Assembly (NCBI GenBank): GCA_016776605.1
Contig: JADHTB010000002.1
Span: 130,842 to 194,841, forward strand
Source: Alphaproteobacteria bacterium
Lineage (GTDB): Bacteria > Pseudomonadota > Alphaproteobacteria > GCA-2731375
Reading direction: 5' to 3'
Length of the DNA: 64,000 nt
Below are positions 1 through 9,246 of this stretch, in pieces. Positions within the stretch are counted from its first letter, which is position 1. Every line of letters begins with the position of its first letter. The notes under the pieces were generated by a model. It was not told where the DNA came from. It ran no database searches and was given only the letters and a program-made list of their open reading frames with translations. Position numbers and translations under genes: made by a program.

Positions 1-865
1 CCGTCTCATTCCGGCCTGGCATCTGCCCATGCTGGCGGACGAGGCGCGCAACGCGGCCTATCAACAGACCATGGACAAACATGTCCGCGAAGGCATGCAT
101 GTCCTTGATATCGGTGCTGGATCGGGTTTGTTGGCGTTGATGGCCGCCCGGGCCGGCGCTGGAATGGTGACGGCGGTGGAAATGAACCCGACTCTGGCCG
201 ATGTGGCCCGGCAAGTCGTCGCGGATAACGGCTTTGCGGATAAGATTCGGGTGTTGAACCGCCTCTCGCTGGATTTGAAGGCAGGTGTTGACCTGCCTGC
301 CGCCGATCTTGTGGTGTCGGAAATTTTGGACGGCGGCCTGTTGGGCGAAGGGGTATTGCCAACCTTGCACCATGCCGCCCACCAGTTGCTGAAGCCGGGG
401 GGGCGCATGGTACCAGCCGGCGCCGTTGTTTACGGCCAATTGGTTGAATTGCCCAGACTGCGGACCGTTAATCCGGTCAACCGCATCGCCGGCTTCGATT
501 TGTCCGCTTTCGACCGCTTCCGCAATCCAGCCGCCTATCGCACGATCACCCTGGCCAATGAACAGCACAAGTTATTGAGCGCGCCCTTCCACGTCGCTGA
601 TTTTGATTTTTCGGCCCCCCCCATGACGGAACGCAGACGGGTCGCGAAGATACCTGTTACCGCCACGGGCGAAGCCTATGCGGTGGTCTTCTGGTTCGAT
701 CTGCATATGGATGATCAGATCAGCATTTCTTCCGGACCCGAGGGCACCCTGTCCCATTGGGCCCAGGCCGTGCAGTTCATGGATAACAGCCGCATGGTCT
801 CGGCGGGGGATGAATTGCAACTGACCATGGGGCATACGGATACCCGCCTTTATTTCTCGTTTTAG
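1..865 (+). CDS. Class I SAM-dependent methyltransferase, protein-arginine N-methyltransferase (PRMT)-like; 5' partial (reading frame open to window start)
   Basis: Motifs MLxDxxRNxAYxxxM and VLDIGAGSGLL (SAM-binding motif I), which are PRMT-type. The frame has no stop upstream of the Met at 29, so the gene probably starts before the window. Confidence 0.7.
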   Translation, partial: RLIPAWHLPMLADEARNAAYQQTMDKHVREGMHVLDIGAGSGLLALMAARAGAGMVTAVEMNPTLADVARQVVADNGFADKIRVLNRLSLDLKAGVDLPAADLVVSEILDGGLLGEGVLPTLHHAAHQLLKPGGRMVPAGAVVYGQLVELPRLRTVNPVNRIAGFDLSAFDRFRNPAAYRTITLANEQHKLLSAPFHVADFDFSAPPMTERRRVAKIPVTATGEAYAVVFWFDLHMDDQISISSGPEGTLSHWAQAVQFMDNSRMVSAGDELQLTMGHTDTRLYFSF

Positions 866-876
866 GAGACCGCCAT

Positions 877-2058
877 ATGGATATGCATTTCCGTCCAGAG
901 GATCTGGCTTTTCGGGCCGAGGTGCGCCAGTTTATCCAGGCTAATTTACCCGGCGATCTGGCGGACAAGGTTCGACGCGGCCTGCATCTGGACAAGGAAG
1001 ATTTCGTCTTCTGGCAAAAGAAACTGAACGGGCAGGGTTGGTTCGCGCCCCACTGGCCGGTTGAACTGGGGGGCGTCGATTGGACCCCCACGCAGCATTA
1101 TATGTTCCAGAACGAACAGGTAGAGGGTTACTGCCCACCGGTCATTCCCTTTGGCGTACGGATGGTGGCCCCGGTCATCTTCACCTATGGCAGCGACGAA
1201 CAGAAACAGCGTTTCTTGCCCGATATCCTGGATAGTACGGCCTGGTGGTGTCAGGGTTATTCTGAACCGGGGGCGGGCTCGGACCTGGCGTCCCTGCAAA
1301 CCAAGGCAGTGCGGAATGGCGATCACTACATCGTCAACGGCGCCAAGACCTGGACCACCCTGGCGCAATATGCGGACTGGATTTTCTGCCTGGTCCGCAC
1401 CACGAACGAGGGCAAGCCGCAGGAAGGCATTTCGTTCCTGTTGATCGATATGAAAAGCCCCGGCATTGAGGTGACCCCGATCATCACCATTGATGGCTCG
1501 CACGAGGTCAACAGCGTGTTCTTCACGGATGTCAGGGTGCCCGTGGAAAATTTAATCGGGCAGGAGAACCTTGGCTGGACCTATGCCAAGTTCCTCTTGC
1601 TGTTCGAACGCTCCAACAGTCTGAGCGGCGGCTTGAAGCAACAGTTGCGCCGGTTGCGCGGTATCGCGGAACAGGAATTGACCGGCGGCGAACCGCTGTG
1701 CGCCGATCCTGCCTTCGCGGCGCAATTGGCCGGCTATGAAGTGCAATTGCGCACTTATGAATTTTTGGAATTGCGCACCTTGGGTAACAGCCGTCCCGGT
1801 GCCGAGGCGTCGTACTTGAAAATCATCGGTACGGATCTGCAGCAAATGGCCTCGGAACTGACCTTGCAGGCGGTTGCCTATTACGGCAATCCCTATATCC
1901 GCGATGCCCTGGTGCATGGTTATAACGAAGCGTCCGTGGGGCCGGATTACGCCGCCCCGGCGGCGCCACAATATTTCAATTACCGGAAAACGGCGATCTA
2001 TGCCGGTTCGAACGAAATTCAGCGTAATATTCTTTCGAAAGCCGTGCTGGGCATGTAA
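877..2058 (+). CDS. Acyl-CoA dehydrogenase family protein (first of an adjacent pair)
   Basis: 393 aa with the ACAD N-terminal/middle/C-terminal domain pattern. GGAG RBS precedes the ATG. 85 nt gap to the second ACAD. Confidence 0.85.
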   Translation: MDMHFRPEDLAFRAEVRQFIQANLPGDLADKVRRGLHLDKEDFVFWQKKLNGQGWFAPHWPVELGGVDWTPTQHYMFQNEQVEGYCPPVIPFGVRMVAPVIFTYGSDEQKQRFLPDILDSTAWWCQGYSEPGAGSDLASLQTKAVRNGDHYIVNGAKTWTTLAQYADWIFCLVRTTNEGKPQEGISFLLIDMKSPGIEVTPIITIDGSHEVNSVFFTDVRVPVENLIGQENLGWTYAKFLLLFERSNSLSGGLKQQLRRLRGIAEQELTGGEPLCADPAFAAQLAGYEVQLRTYEFLELRTLGNSRPGAEASYLKIIGTDLQQMASELTLQAVAYYGNPYIRDALVHGYNEASVGPDYAAPAAPQYFNYRKTAIYAGSNEIQRNILSKAVLGM

Positions 2059-2143
2059 CGAACTGGCGGCGGGCGATGGACACTTTGCGGCGCCGTCGGA
2101 TCATGCTAGTTGATGGATATAAAAATATAGGTAGGAGAGCGTC

Positions 2144-3274
2144 ATGGATTTTTCCCTCAGCGAAGAACAACAACTGCTGAAAGACAGCGTGCAGCGGTTT
2201 GTGCGTGAGCAATACCCCCTGGAGTCGCGGCGCAAATTGGTCGCCACCGACATTGGCTACAGCGAAGACAACTGGGCCAAAATGGCGGAGTTGGGTTGGT
2301 TGGCGCTGCCACTGCCGGAAGAATATGGCGGCATCGGCGGCGGCCCGGTGGATACCATGGTGTTGATGGAAGAATTCGGCCGTGGCCTCGTGGTGGAACC
2401 CTATATGTCCTCCATCATCATTGGCGGCGGCTTCCTCATGGCGGGTGGCAGCGACAAACATAAAACGGAACTGCTGCCCAAGCTGGGCGCCGGCGAGTTG
2501 AAGTTGGCCTTCGGCTATGCCGAGCGGCAATCGCGCTTTGATCTCAACGATGTGGAATGCAAGGCCGAAAAAAATGGCGACGGCTATGTCCTGAACGGCC
2601 ACAAGGGCGTGGTTTTTCATGCCCAGACCGCGGACAAGATCATCGTTTCGGCCCGCACCTCCGGCGGCAGCCGCGACGCTGACGGCATTACCCTGTTTCT
2701 GATCGACAATAATTGCAGCGGTTTGACCCGGCGCGACTATCCCACCGTGGATGGTCTACGCGCCTCGGAACTGCAGATGGATGGGGTTACGGTTGGTGCC
2801 GAGGCGGTGTTGGGTAAAGTCGGCGGCGGTGCGGCCCTGATGGAAGAGGTGGTTGGCCAGGCCATTGCCGCCATTTGCGCCGAGGCAGTGGGCTGCATGG
2901 ACGTTTTGCAGGAAACCACCAATGAATACTTAAAGACACGGGTGCAGTTCGGCGTGCCTTTGTCAAAATTTCAGGTTCTCCAGCATCGCATGGTGGACAT
3001 GTTCATGGAATGCGAGCAGGCCCGCTCCATGTGCTACATGGTAACCTTGAAAATCGGTGACGAAGACCCGGTGGAACGGGCCAAATCCGTTTCCGCCGCG
3101 AAAGTGCAAATCGGTAATTCCGGCCGCTACGTGGGCCAACAGTCGGTGCAGCTGCATGGCGGCATGGGCATGACGGACGAATTGCATGTGGGTCATTTTT
3201 TCAAGCGCCTGACCATGATCGACACCATGTTTGGCAACAAGGACCACCACTTGAAATGCTACGCTGATTTATAG
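2144..3274 (+). CDS. Acyl-CoA dehydrogenase family protein (second of the pair)
   Basis: 376 aa; N-terminus MDFSLSEEQQLLKDSVQRF is typical of ACADs. AGGAGA RBS. Followed by a terminator. Confidence 0.85.
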   Translation: MDFSLSEEQQLLKDSVQRFVREQYPLESRRKLVATDIGYSEDNWAKMAELGWLALPLPEEYGGIGGGPVDTMVLMEEFGRGLVVEPYMSSIIIGGGFLMAGGSDKHKTELLPKLGAGELKLAFGYAERQSRFDLNDVECKAEKNGDGYVLNGHKGVVFHAQTADKIIVSARTSGGSRDADGITLFLIDNNCSGLTRRDYPTVDGLRASELQMDGVTVGAEAVLGKVGGGAALMEEVVGQAIAAICAEAVGCMDVLQETTNEYLKTRVQFGVPLSKFQVLQHRMVDMFMECEQARSMCYMVTLKIGDEDPVERAKSVSAAKVQIGNSGRYVGQQSVQLHGGMGMTDELHVGHFFKRLTMIDTMFGNKDHHLKCYADL

Positions 3275-3295
3275 CGGCCCTGGGTTCTAAAAATT

Positions 3296-3334
3296 GTGGC
3301 CGGCCCGCCTTGCGCGGGCCGGTCTATTTTTTGT
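3296..3334. terminator. Rho-independent terminator (GC hairpin GGCCGGCCCGC…GCGGGCCGG followed by T6)
   Basis: Seen directly: a 9–10 bp GC stem, a 5 nt loop and a TATTTTTTG tail just after the ACAD stop. May act bidirectionally for the convergent minus-strand gene. Confidence 0.7.
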
Positions 3335-3360
3335 CTTCCGTTAAGATAAATTGGCGGCCA

Positions 3361-4023
3361 TTACACCAGAATATCGAGGTCGATGTCCCTTTGTGATAGC
3401 GGCACATTTGACCCATCGTCCTCCTCTGTCGGTGCGGAGGCGCCGCTAGCCTGTGATGTCAGGCTGGCGTCGTCTTCGTCGCTGGCTTCATCTTCATCGC
3501 CATCTTCATCGCCACCGTTGTTCGCTTCTCCATCGTTTTCGCCAACGTCGTCCTCAGCGTCGTGGTTTGCTTTAGCTACAAACAATGTGGGCGGCGCGAC
3601 AAACAGGAATGCGGCGGCGGCTTTGATCCCGTCAGGGACGGCCACGCCCCCTGGCTCTTCCGGCGTACCGATCCCCATCTTCAGGAGCAATGGACCTAAT
3701 TGCAAACGCTGCGCCAGTATTGCAGCGATATGCTTGAACATCAGATGGAGCGCGGCGAAGCCCTCCATATTGGTTAGCGCCCGGCGCCCGGACAGGACTG
3801 CTGGTTGGGCGGATTTGCCTGGTTCTGCGGCTGCGGCTGTATCCCCCGTGGTGCGGGGTGCCGGCGCGCCATGGTCACTGACCAACGCTGTCCCATTGGC
3901 ATGTTTACCAAGGGGTTTGAACTGATTGTTATGACGCGGGAAGACGAACCCTTGATTGCCATATAATTCAACCACTTGCATTGCTCCTGCCGTATTGGTC
4001 AGCGGCGCGCCAACCGTGATCAA
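3361..4023 (-). CDS. Hypothetical protein with a strongly acidic (D/E-rich) C-terminal tail
   Basis: 220-aa ORF with a protein-like N-terminal two thirds and a DEDGDEDEASDEDD tail. The opposite-strand ORF is a low-complexity Ser-rich artefact. An AT-rich promoter region lies upstream. Confidence 0.45.
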   Translation of the reverse strand: MITVGAPLTNTAGAMQVVELYGNQGFVFPRHNNQFKPLGKHANGTALVSDHGAPAPRTTGDTAAAAEPGKSAQPAVLSGRRALTNMEGFAALHLMFKHIAAILAQRLQLGPLLLKMGIGTPEEPGGVAVPDGIKAAAAFLFVAPPTLFVAKANHDAEDDVGENDGEANNGGDEDGDEDEASDEDDASLTSQASGASAPTEEDDGSNVPLSQRDIDLDILV

Positions 4024-4168
4024 GTGATGGTTGCAACAATATTAACGATAACAAAATAAGAAATTACTGATGTGTATGGTTAATAAAAAAGACATTTAAA
4101 AATTTTGACGTAGGCGCGTTGATTGAGTTTAGAATGCGCCAATTCTTGTGTGAGCCGTCGAATAAGCT
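4024..4168. promoter_or_regulatory. AT-rich divergent intergenic/promoter region (about 35 % GC in a >60 % GC background)
   Basis: Sequence composition; it lies between divergently oriented genes (3361..4023 minus and 4184..4960 plus). Confidence 0.4.
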
Positions 4169-4183
4169 TTGAGGGGTAATCCC

Positions 4184-4960
4184 ATGTTGAGTGCAGACCA
4201 AATCGCCCTTTATCATGAAAAAGGCTACGTGGTTCCCGACTATCGCCTGGGGGCGGAAACCCTGGCCGCGATCCGGGAACAACATGACCGTCTGCTCGCC
4301 CGCTATCCCCAGTTCAGGGATAATTGCCCCGCCTTGTTATCCTACGATCTGGCGTTTCTGAATTTCGCCCGCGACGAGGTTATCCTGGATATGGCGGAAC
4401 AGTTAATTGGCCCGGATATCGCCCTCTGGAATATGAGCTTTTTTGCCAAGCCCGCGGTCAATGGCAAGAAAACACCATTTCATCAGGATGGGGAATATTG
4501 GCCGATCCGGCCGCTGGCCACCTGCACCGTCTGGATCGCGGTGGATGCCGCCACGGTCGAGAACGGTTGTCTGCGACTCGTTCCAGGTTCCCACAAGGCC
4601 AAGCACCTGATGGCGCACGAGCAAAGGAACAATCCCGACTACACCCTGCAACAGGAATTGCTGGCCTCTGAGTATAATGACGACGAGGCCGAGGACTTGA
4701 TTCTGGAGGCCGGCCAGATGTCTTTCCACGACGTCTACCTGGCCCACGGCTCGGAAGTGAATAATTCCGCCCAGCCCCGGCGCGGCATGACCCTGCGCCT
4801 GATGCCCACGTCATCGGTCTATGACCGGGACGTGGCCACGGCCATGCATCACCAACGCGGCGGCTTTAATATGTCGAACCATTCACTGTTCCTGCTGCGC
4901 GGTAAGGACCTGTCAGGCGGCAATGATTTCCGGCTTAGGGTTCCCGTCGCGGCGGCATAG
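4184..4960 (+). CDS. Phytanoyl-CoA dioxygenase (PhyH) family Fe(II)/2-oxoglutarate-dependent oxygenase
   Basis: HQDGEYWP (HxD iron motif) and a downstream His. The ORF track starts at a TTG at 4169. ATG 4184 has a GAGGGG RBS 7 nt upstream and is preferred. Confidence 0.75.
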   Translation: MLSADQIALYHEKGYVVPDYRLGAETLAAIREQHDRLLARYPQFRDNCPALLSYDLAFLNFARDEVILDMAEQLIGPDIALWNMSFFAKPAVNGKKTPFHQDGEYWPIRPLATCTVWIAVDAATVENGCLRLVPGSHKAKHLMAHEQRNNPDYTLQQELLASEYNDDEAEDLILEAGQMSFHDVYLAHGSEVNNSAQPRRGMTLRLMPTSSVYDRDVATAMHHQRGGFNMSNHSLFLLRGKDLSGGNDFRLRVPVAAA

Positions 4961-4987
4961 TCGCCGCGTCGGATTTTCGGAACGCAT

Positions 4988-5767
4988 TTATTCTTTGATC
5001 TCGCACCATACCGGTGTGTGGTCCGAGGGGCGTTCCTTGCCGCGGGGGGTGCGGTCTATTTCCACGTCGCCCAGCCGGTCGGCGGCTTGCGGGCTTAGCA
5101 AGAGATGGTCGATGCGGACGCCGTTGTCCTTTTGCCAGGCCCCGGCCTGATAATCCCAATAACTGTAGGCGGTGATATCGGGATGCCGGGCCCGGAAGGC
5201 CTCCGTCAGGCCTAGATAGAGCAACTGCCGCCACCTGGCCCGGCTTTCGGGCAGACAGAGGGCGTCCGTTGCGAAAGCCGCCGGATCATAGCAGTCGCGG
5301 TCTTCCGGGATGATATTGTAGTCGCCGCCCAGGACCGTCACCTCTTCGAACTTCAACAGCGCGGCGGCATGGGCAACCAAACGATCCATCCAGGCCAGTT
5401 TGTAGGGATATTTTTCGCTATCCGTGGGATTGCCGTTGGGCAGATAGATGGAGGCGACCCGCACCGTGTCGATGCTGGCCTCGATATAGCGGGCTTGCAG
5501 GTCGCTATCATCGCCGGGCAAACCACGCTGTACGTCTTCGATGGGCCGTTTCGACAGGATGGCCACGCCGTTGTAGGTTTTTTGCCCGTGCACGGCGATG
5601 TTGTAACCAAGATCTTCGATGGGTTGGTAGGGAAAGGCCTCGTCCGTGACCTTTAATTCCTGCAACAGCGCCACGTCCGGTTGGGCCTGTTCCAGCCATT
5701 CCAGGACACGGGGCAGCCGCGCCTTGATCGAATTGACATTCCAAGTAGCTATTTTCATGGGCGCCAT
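4988..5767 (-). CDS. xthA: Exodeoxyribonuclease III
   Basis: N-terminus MKIATWNVNSIKARL, QELK motif and a length of 259 aa are characteristic of ExoIII/Xth. Confidence 0.92.
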   Translation of the reverse strand: MAPMKIATWNVNSIKARLPRVLEWLEQAQPDVALLQELKVTDEAFPYQPIEDLGYNIAVHGQKTYNGVAILSKRPIEDVQRGLPGDDSDLQARYIEASIDTVRVASIYLPNGNPTDSEKYPYKLAWMDRLVAHAAALLKFEEVTVLGGDYNIIPEDRDCYDPAAFATDALCLPESRARWRQLLYLGLTEAFRARHPDITAYSYWDYQAGAWQKDNGVRIDHLLLSPQAADRLGDVEIDRTPRGKERPSDHTPVWCEIKE

Positions 5768-5809
5768 TGAGGCATGGCCACCAACGTCATGGCAAGCGCC
5801 GTGCTTGAA

Positions 5810-6166
5810 TTATATGGCGAAGGAGGTGCCGCAGCCGCAGGCCGATGAGGCGTTCGGGTTCTCGATGCGGAAAGCCGCCGCCATCAAATCCTCGACATAA
5901 TCGATTTTGGCCCCACCGAGAAACTGCAACGAGGTTTCATCGATCAGAACTACCGCATCATCCAGTTTGATGATCAGATCATCATCGTTGATCTGAGTGT
6001 CAAAGCGGAAGCCATAGCTGAAGCCGGAGCAACCGCCGCCCTGTACCTCAATGCGCAGCTTTGCGTCCTCGCCCTCCTGTTGCATCAGAAAGGCTATGCG
6101 TTTGGCAGCGTCCCCGGTCAGCGTCACATCGCCACCCGCTGCATCGATTTGCGTGGTATCAGACAT
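5810..6166 (-). CDS. erpA: Iron-sulfur cluster insertion protein ErpA (HesB/IscA family A-type carrier)
   Basis: 118 aa; C-terminal CGCGTSF motif plus the internal Cys of the IscA/HesB family. Confidence 0.88.
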   Translation of the reverse strand: MSDTTQIDAAGGDVTLTGDAAKRIAFLMQQEGEDAKLRIEVQGGGCSGFSYGFRFDTQINDDDLIIKLDDAVVLIDETSLQFLGGAKIDYVEDLMAAAFRIENPNASSACGCGTSFAI

Positions 6167-6264
6167 TTCTTCACCTTATCCCCAATAAGTTAATTGAATG
6201 TAGGATTGAAGACGGAAAAGTCAATCGGTTCCCACTTGTGGCAAATGACGCTAGGTTGCCGGCC

Positions 6265-7410
6265 ATGGCCAATTCACAGATCCTTGCCCCCTATGCCAGC
6301 TGCCCGGAATTGAGCCGGGGGCGGCTGTTTGACGAGCCTGAAAGCGCGACCAGAACCGCCTTTCAGCGGGACCGGGACCGGATTATTCATTCCGGCGCCT
6401 TTCGCCGCCTGCAATACAAGACCCAGGTTTTTGTCTATCACGAAGGCGATCATTACCGTACCCGCCTGACCCATTCCCTGGAAGTGGCGCAGATCGCCCG
6501 CTCCATCTGCCGCGCCTTGGACCTGAACGAGGACCTGGCCGAGGCCCTGGCCCTGGCGCATGATCTGGGCCACACCCCGTTCGGCCATGCGGGCGAGGAC
6601 GTGCTGGACGGGCTGATGCAGCCCCATGGCGGTTTTGATCACAATGCCCAGGCCCTGCGCGTCATTACTTTGCTGGAACACCGTTATGCCGATTTTGCCG
6701 GTCTGAACCTTACCTGGGAAACACTTGAAGGCACGGTGAAGCACAACGGCCCGGTGCTGGATGATCCCTTGCCGCTGGCGATCACGGAATATGTTGCCCG
6801 CCAAGACCTTGAACTGGCGACCTATGCCGGGCCGGAGGCGCAGGTGGCCGCACTGGCCGACGATATCGCCTATGACAATCACGATATAGATGATGGTCTG
6901 CGGGCTGAATTATTCTCCGCCGAGGACCTGGCCCAGGTCCCCCTGGTCGCCCCGGTGTTGGCGGAACTGTGGGGGCGGTACCAGGATTTAAGCCGGGAAC
7001 AGTTGGTGCATGAAACCGTGCGCCGCCTGATCGGCGCCATGGTTGATGATGTGATTGGCGAAAGCCGGGGCAGGCTGCTGCGTGCGGGGGCCCAAAGGGT
7101 GGAAGATATCCGGGCCTTGTCCCATCCCGTGATCGCGTTTTCCGATGCCATGACGGTGGCGCAAAAGGCCTTGAAACAGTTTCTGTACGACCGGATGTAT
7201 CGCCATCCAAGGGTCAACCGCATGAGCGAAAAAGCGGGCCGGGTTGTCAGCGATTTGTTCGGGCTGTATACGGCGCAACCGGAACAATTACCGGCGGCCC
7301 GCGGTGCCGAGATGCCCGATACGCCGCGCCGGGTCGCCGATTTCATTGCCGGGATGACCGACCGCTTCGCCCTGGAAGAACACCGCCGCCATTTCGGCCA
7401 AGACAGCTAA
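6265..7410 (+). CDS. dgt: Deoxyguanosinetriphosphate triphosphohydrolase-like protein (HD domain)
   Basis: N-terminal RTxFQRDRDRIIHSxAFRRLxxKTQV and HSLEV…DLGHxPFGH (HD motif). Start refined from 6061 to the in-frame ATG 6265 (MANSQ…), giving the typical length of about 380 aa. Confidence 0.88.
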   Translation: MANSQILAPYASCPELSRGRLFDEPESATRTAFQRDRDRIIHSGAFRRLQYKTQVFVYHEGDHYRTRLTHSLEVAQIARSICRALDLNEDLAEALALAHDLGHTPFGHAGEDVLDGLMQPHGGFDHNAQALRVITLLEHRYADFAGLNLTWETLEGTVKHNGPVLDDPLPLAITEYVARQDLELATYAGPEAQVAALADDIAYDNHDIDDGLRAELFSAEDLAQVPLVAPVLAELWGRYQDLSREQLVHETVRRLIGAMVDDVIGESRGRLLRAGAQRVEDIRALSHPVIAFSDAMTVAQKALKQFLYDRMYRHPRVNRMSEKAGRVVSDLFGLYTAQPEQLPAARGAEMPDTPRRVADFIAGMTDRFALEEHRRHFGQDS

Positions 7411-7456
7411 GACCCCAAGAGCCTAAAATCATTGTCCGAGGAACGACCAGAACATC

Positions 7457-9208
7457 ATGAATCCCTATGCCTATATCCGTGAACAGGTGATTGCCATGGT
7501 CGGCAGCCTGGCCGACGATGGTATCCTGCCCGCGGGTCTGAATTTATCCAGCCTGGCGGTCGAGCCGCCGCGCGACCCATCGCACGGCGACGTGGCGACC
7601 AACGCGGCCATGGTATTGACCAAACAGGCCGGCATGAAGCCCCGCGATATTGCCGTACCCCTGGCCGGGCGTCTGTTGACGCTGGATCAGGTTGAGGCGG
7701 CCGAGGTCGCCGGCCCCGGTTTCATCAACCTGCGTCTATCGGATGAATTCTGGCGGGCCCGGCTGGGCGATGTGCTGGCGGCGGGCGCTGCTTATGGCGA
7801 TTCCCGGTTCGCGGCGGGCGAAAAGATCAACATCGAATATGTTTCCGCCAACCCGACGGGGCCCCTGCATATCGGCCATGTGCGCGGCGCCGTTTATGGC
7901 GATGCCCTGGCTAATCTGTTGGCTAAAATCGGCTATGATGTGTGCAAGGAATATTACATCAATGACGCCGGCTCGCAGGTCGATGTGCTGGCACGCTCCC
8001 TGCATCTGCGCTATCGGGAAGCCCTGGGCGAGGTGATCGGCGAAATTCCCGAAGGCATGTATCCGGGTGACTATCTGGTTCCGGTGGGACAGGCCATGAT
8101 GGCCCGGGATGGCGATAAGTGGCGCGATCTGGATGAAGCGGACTGGCTGGGGGAATTCCGCCGCTTTGCGGTCGCCGCCATGATGGATTTGGTGCGCACG
8201 GACTTGGCCAGCCTGGGCATCGAACAACAGGTCTTTTTTTCCGAAGACAGCCTGCACCAGGACGGCGGTATCGACCGCGCCTTCGCGGCCTTGCAGGCAA
8301 AGGGCTTGATCTATACCGGCGTGCTGGAGCCGCCCAAGGGCATGACCCCCGAAGACTGGGAACCACGGCCGCAAACCCTGTTCAAGGCCAGCCAGTTTGG
8401 TGACGATGTGGACCGGCCGTTACGCAAATCCGACGGCAGTTGGACCTATTTCGCCGCCGATATCGCCTATCACCACAACAAGGTGGAACGCGGTTACAAG
8501 CAGATGGTTGATGTCTGGGGTGCCGATCATGGCGGTTATATCAAACGCATGACGGCTGCCGTGCGGGCGTTGAGCGATGACCAGGGGCATTTGGATGTGC
8601 GCCTTTGCCAGATGGTGCGCCTGCTGCGCGGCGGCCAGGTCGTGCGCATGTCGAAACGGGCCGGTAACTTTGTCACCTTGCGGGAACTGGTGGACGAGGT
8701 CGGCCGTGACGTGGTGCGCTTTATGATGCTGACCCGCAAAAACGACGCGCCGCTGGATTTTGATTTTGACGTAGCCCTGGAACAATCCAAGGACAACCCG
8801 GTTTTCTACGTGCAATACGCCCATGCGCGCATTCATTCGGTGTTGCGCCGGGCCGCCGAGGATCTGCCCGATCTGCCCCTGGATCTGGAAAACCTGACCC
8901 GCGCGGACCTGGATCGGCTGACTGATTCGGCGGAAATGGACCTGATCAAGCAAATGGCCAGTTGGCCCCGGGCTGTTGAAATCGCGGCCCAGGCAAGGGA
9001 GCCGCATAGAATAGCCTTTTATTTGAATGAGTTAGCGTCGAACTTTCATGCGCTATGGAACAAAGGTAACGCCGAACCGAACCTGCGCTTTATCATAGTG
9101 GAAGACAGGGCGGTCACTCAGGCGCGTCTTGCCTTGATCCAGGGTGTGGCTTTTGTCCTGGCGTCCGGGCTGGCAATTTTGGGCGTCGAACCGCTCGAGG
9201 CCATGTAA
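7457..9208 (+). CDS. argS: Arginine--tRNA ligase
   Basis: 583 aa; class I HIGH motif (PTGPLHIGH) and the C-terminal DALR anticodon-binding region. Confidence 0.95.
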   Translation: MNPYAYIREQVIAMVGSLADDGILPAGLNLSSLAVEPPRDPSHGDVATNAAMVLTKQAGMKPRDIAVPLAGRLLTLDQVEAAEVAGPGFINLRLSDEFWRARLGDVLAAGAAYGDSRFAAGEKINIEYVSANPTGPLHIGHVRGAVYGDALANLLAKIGYDVCKEYYINDAGSQVDVLARSLHLRYREALGEVIGEIPEGMYPGDYLVPVGQAMMARDGDKWRDLDEADWLGEFRRFAVAAMMDLVRTDLASLGIEQQVFFSEDSLHQDGGIDRAFAALQAKGLIYTGVLEPPKGMTPEDWEPRPQTLFKASQFGDDVDRPLRKSDGSWTYFAADIAYHHNKVERGYKQMVDVWGADHGGYIKRMTAAVRALSDDQGHLDVRLCQMVRLLRGGQVVRMSKRAGNFVTLRELVDEVGRDVVRFMMLTRKNDAPLDFDFDVALEQSKDNPVFYVQYAHARIHSVLRRAAEDLPDLPLDLENLTRADLDRLTDSAEMDLIKQMASWPRAVEIAAQAREPHRIAFYLNELASNFHALWNKGNAEPNLRFIIVEDRAVTQARLALIQGVAFVLASGLAILGVEPLEAM

Positions 9209-9246
9209 TGAAACATACGATAGATAATTGACGAGGATACGGGCCC

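Noticed and set aside
3383-3925. 180-aa plus-strand Ser-rich ORF
   Set aside because: Extremely low-complexity (poly-Ser/Ala/Pro). The minus-strand ORF 3361..4023 has a more protein-like sequence. Neither has homology support, so the region is still flagged as uncertain.
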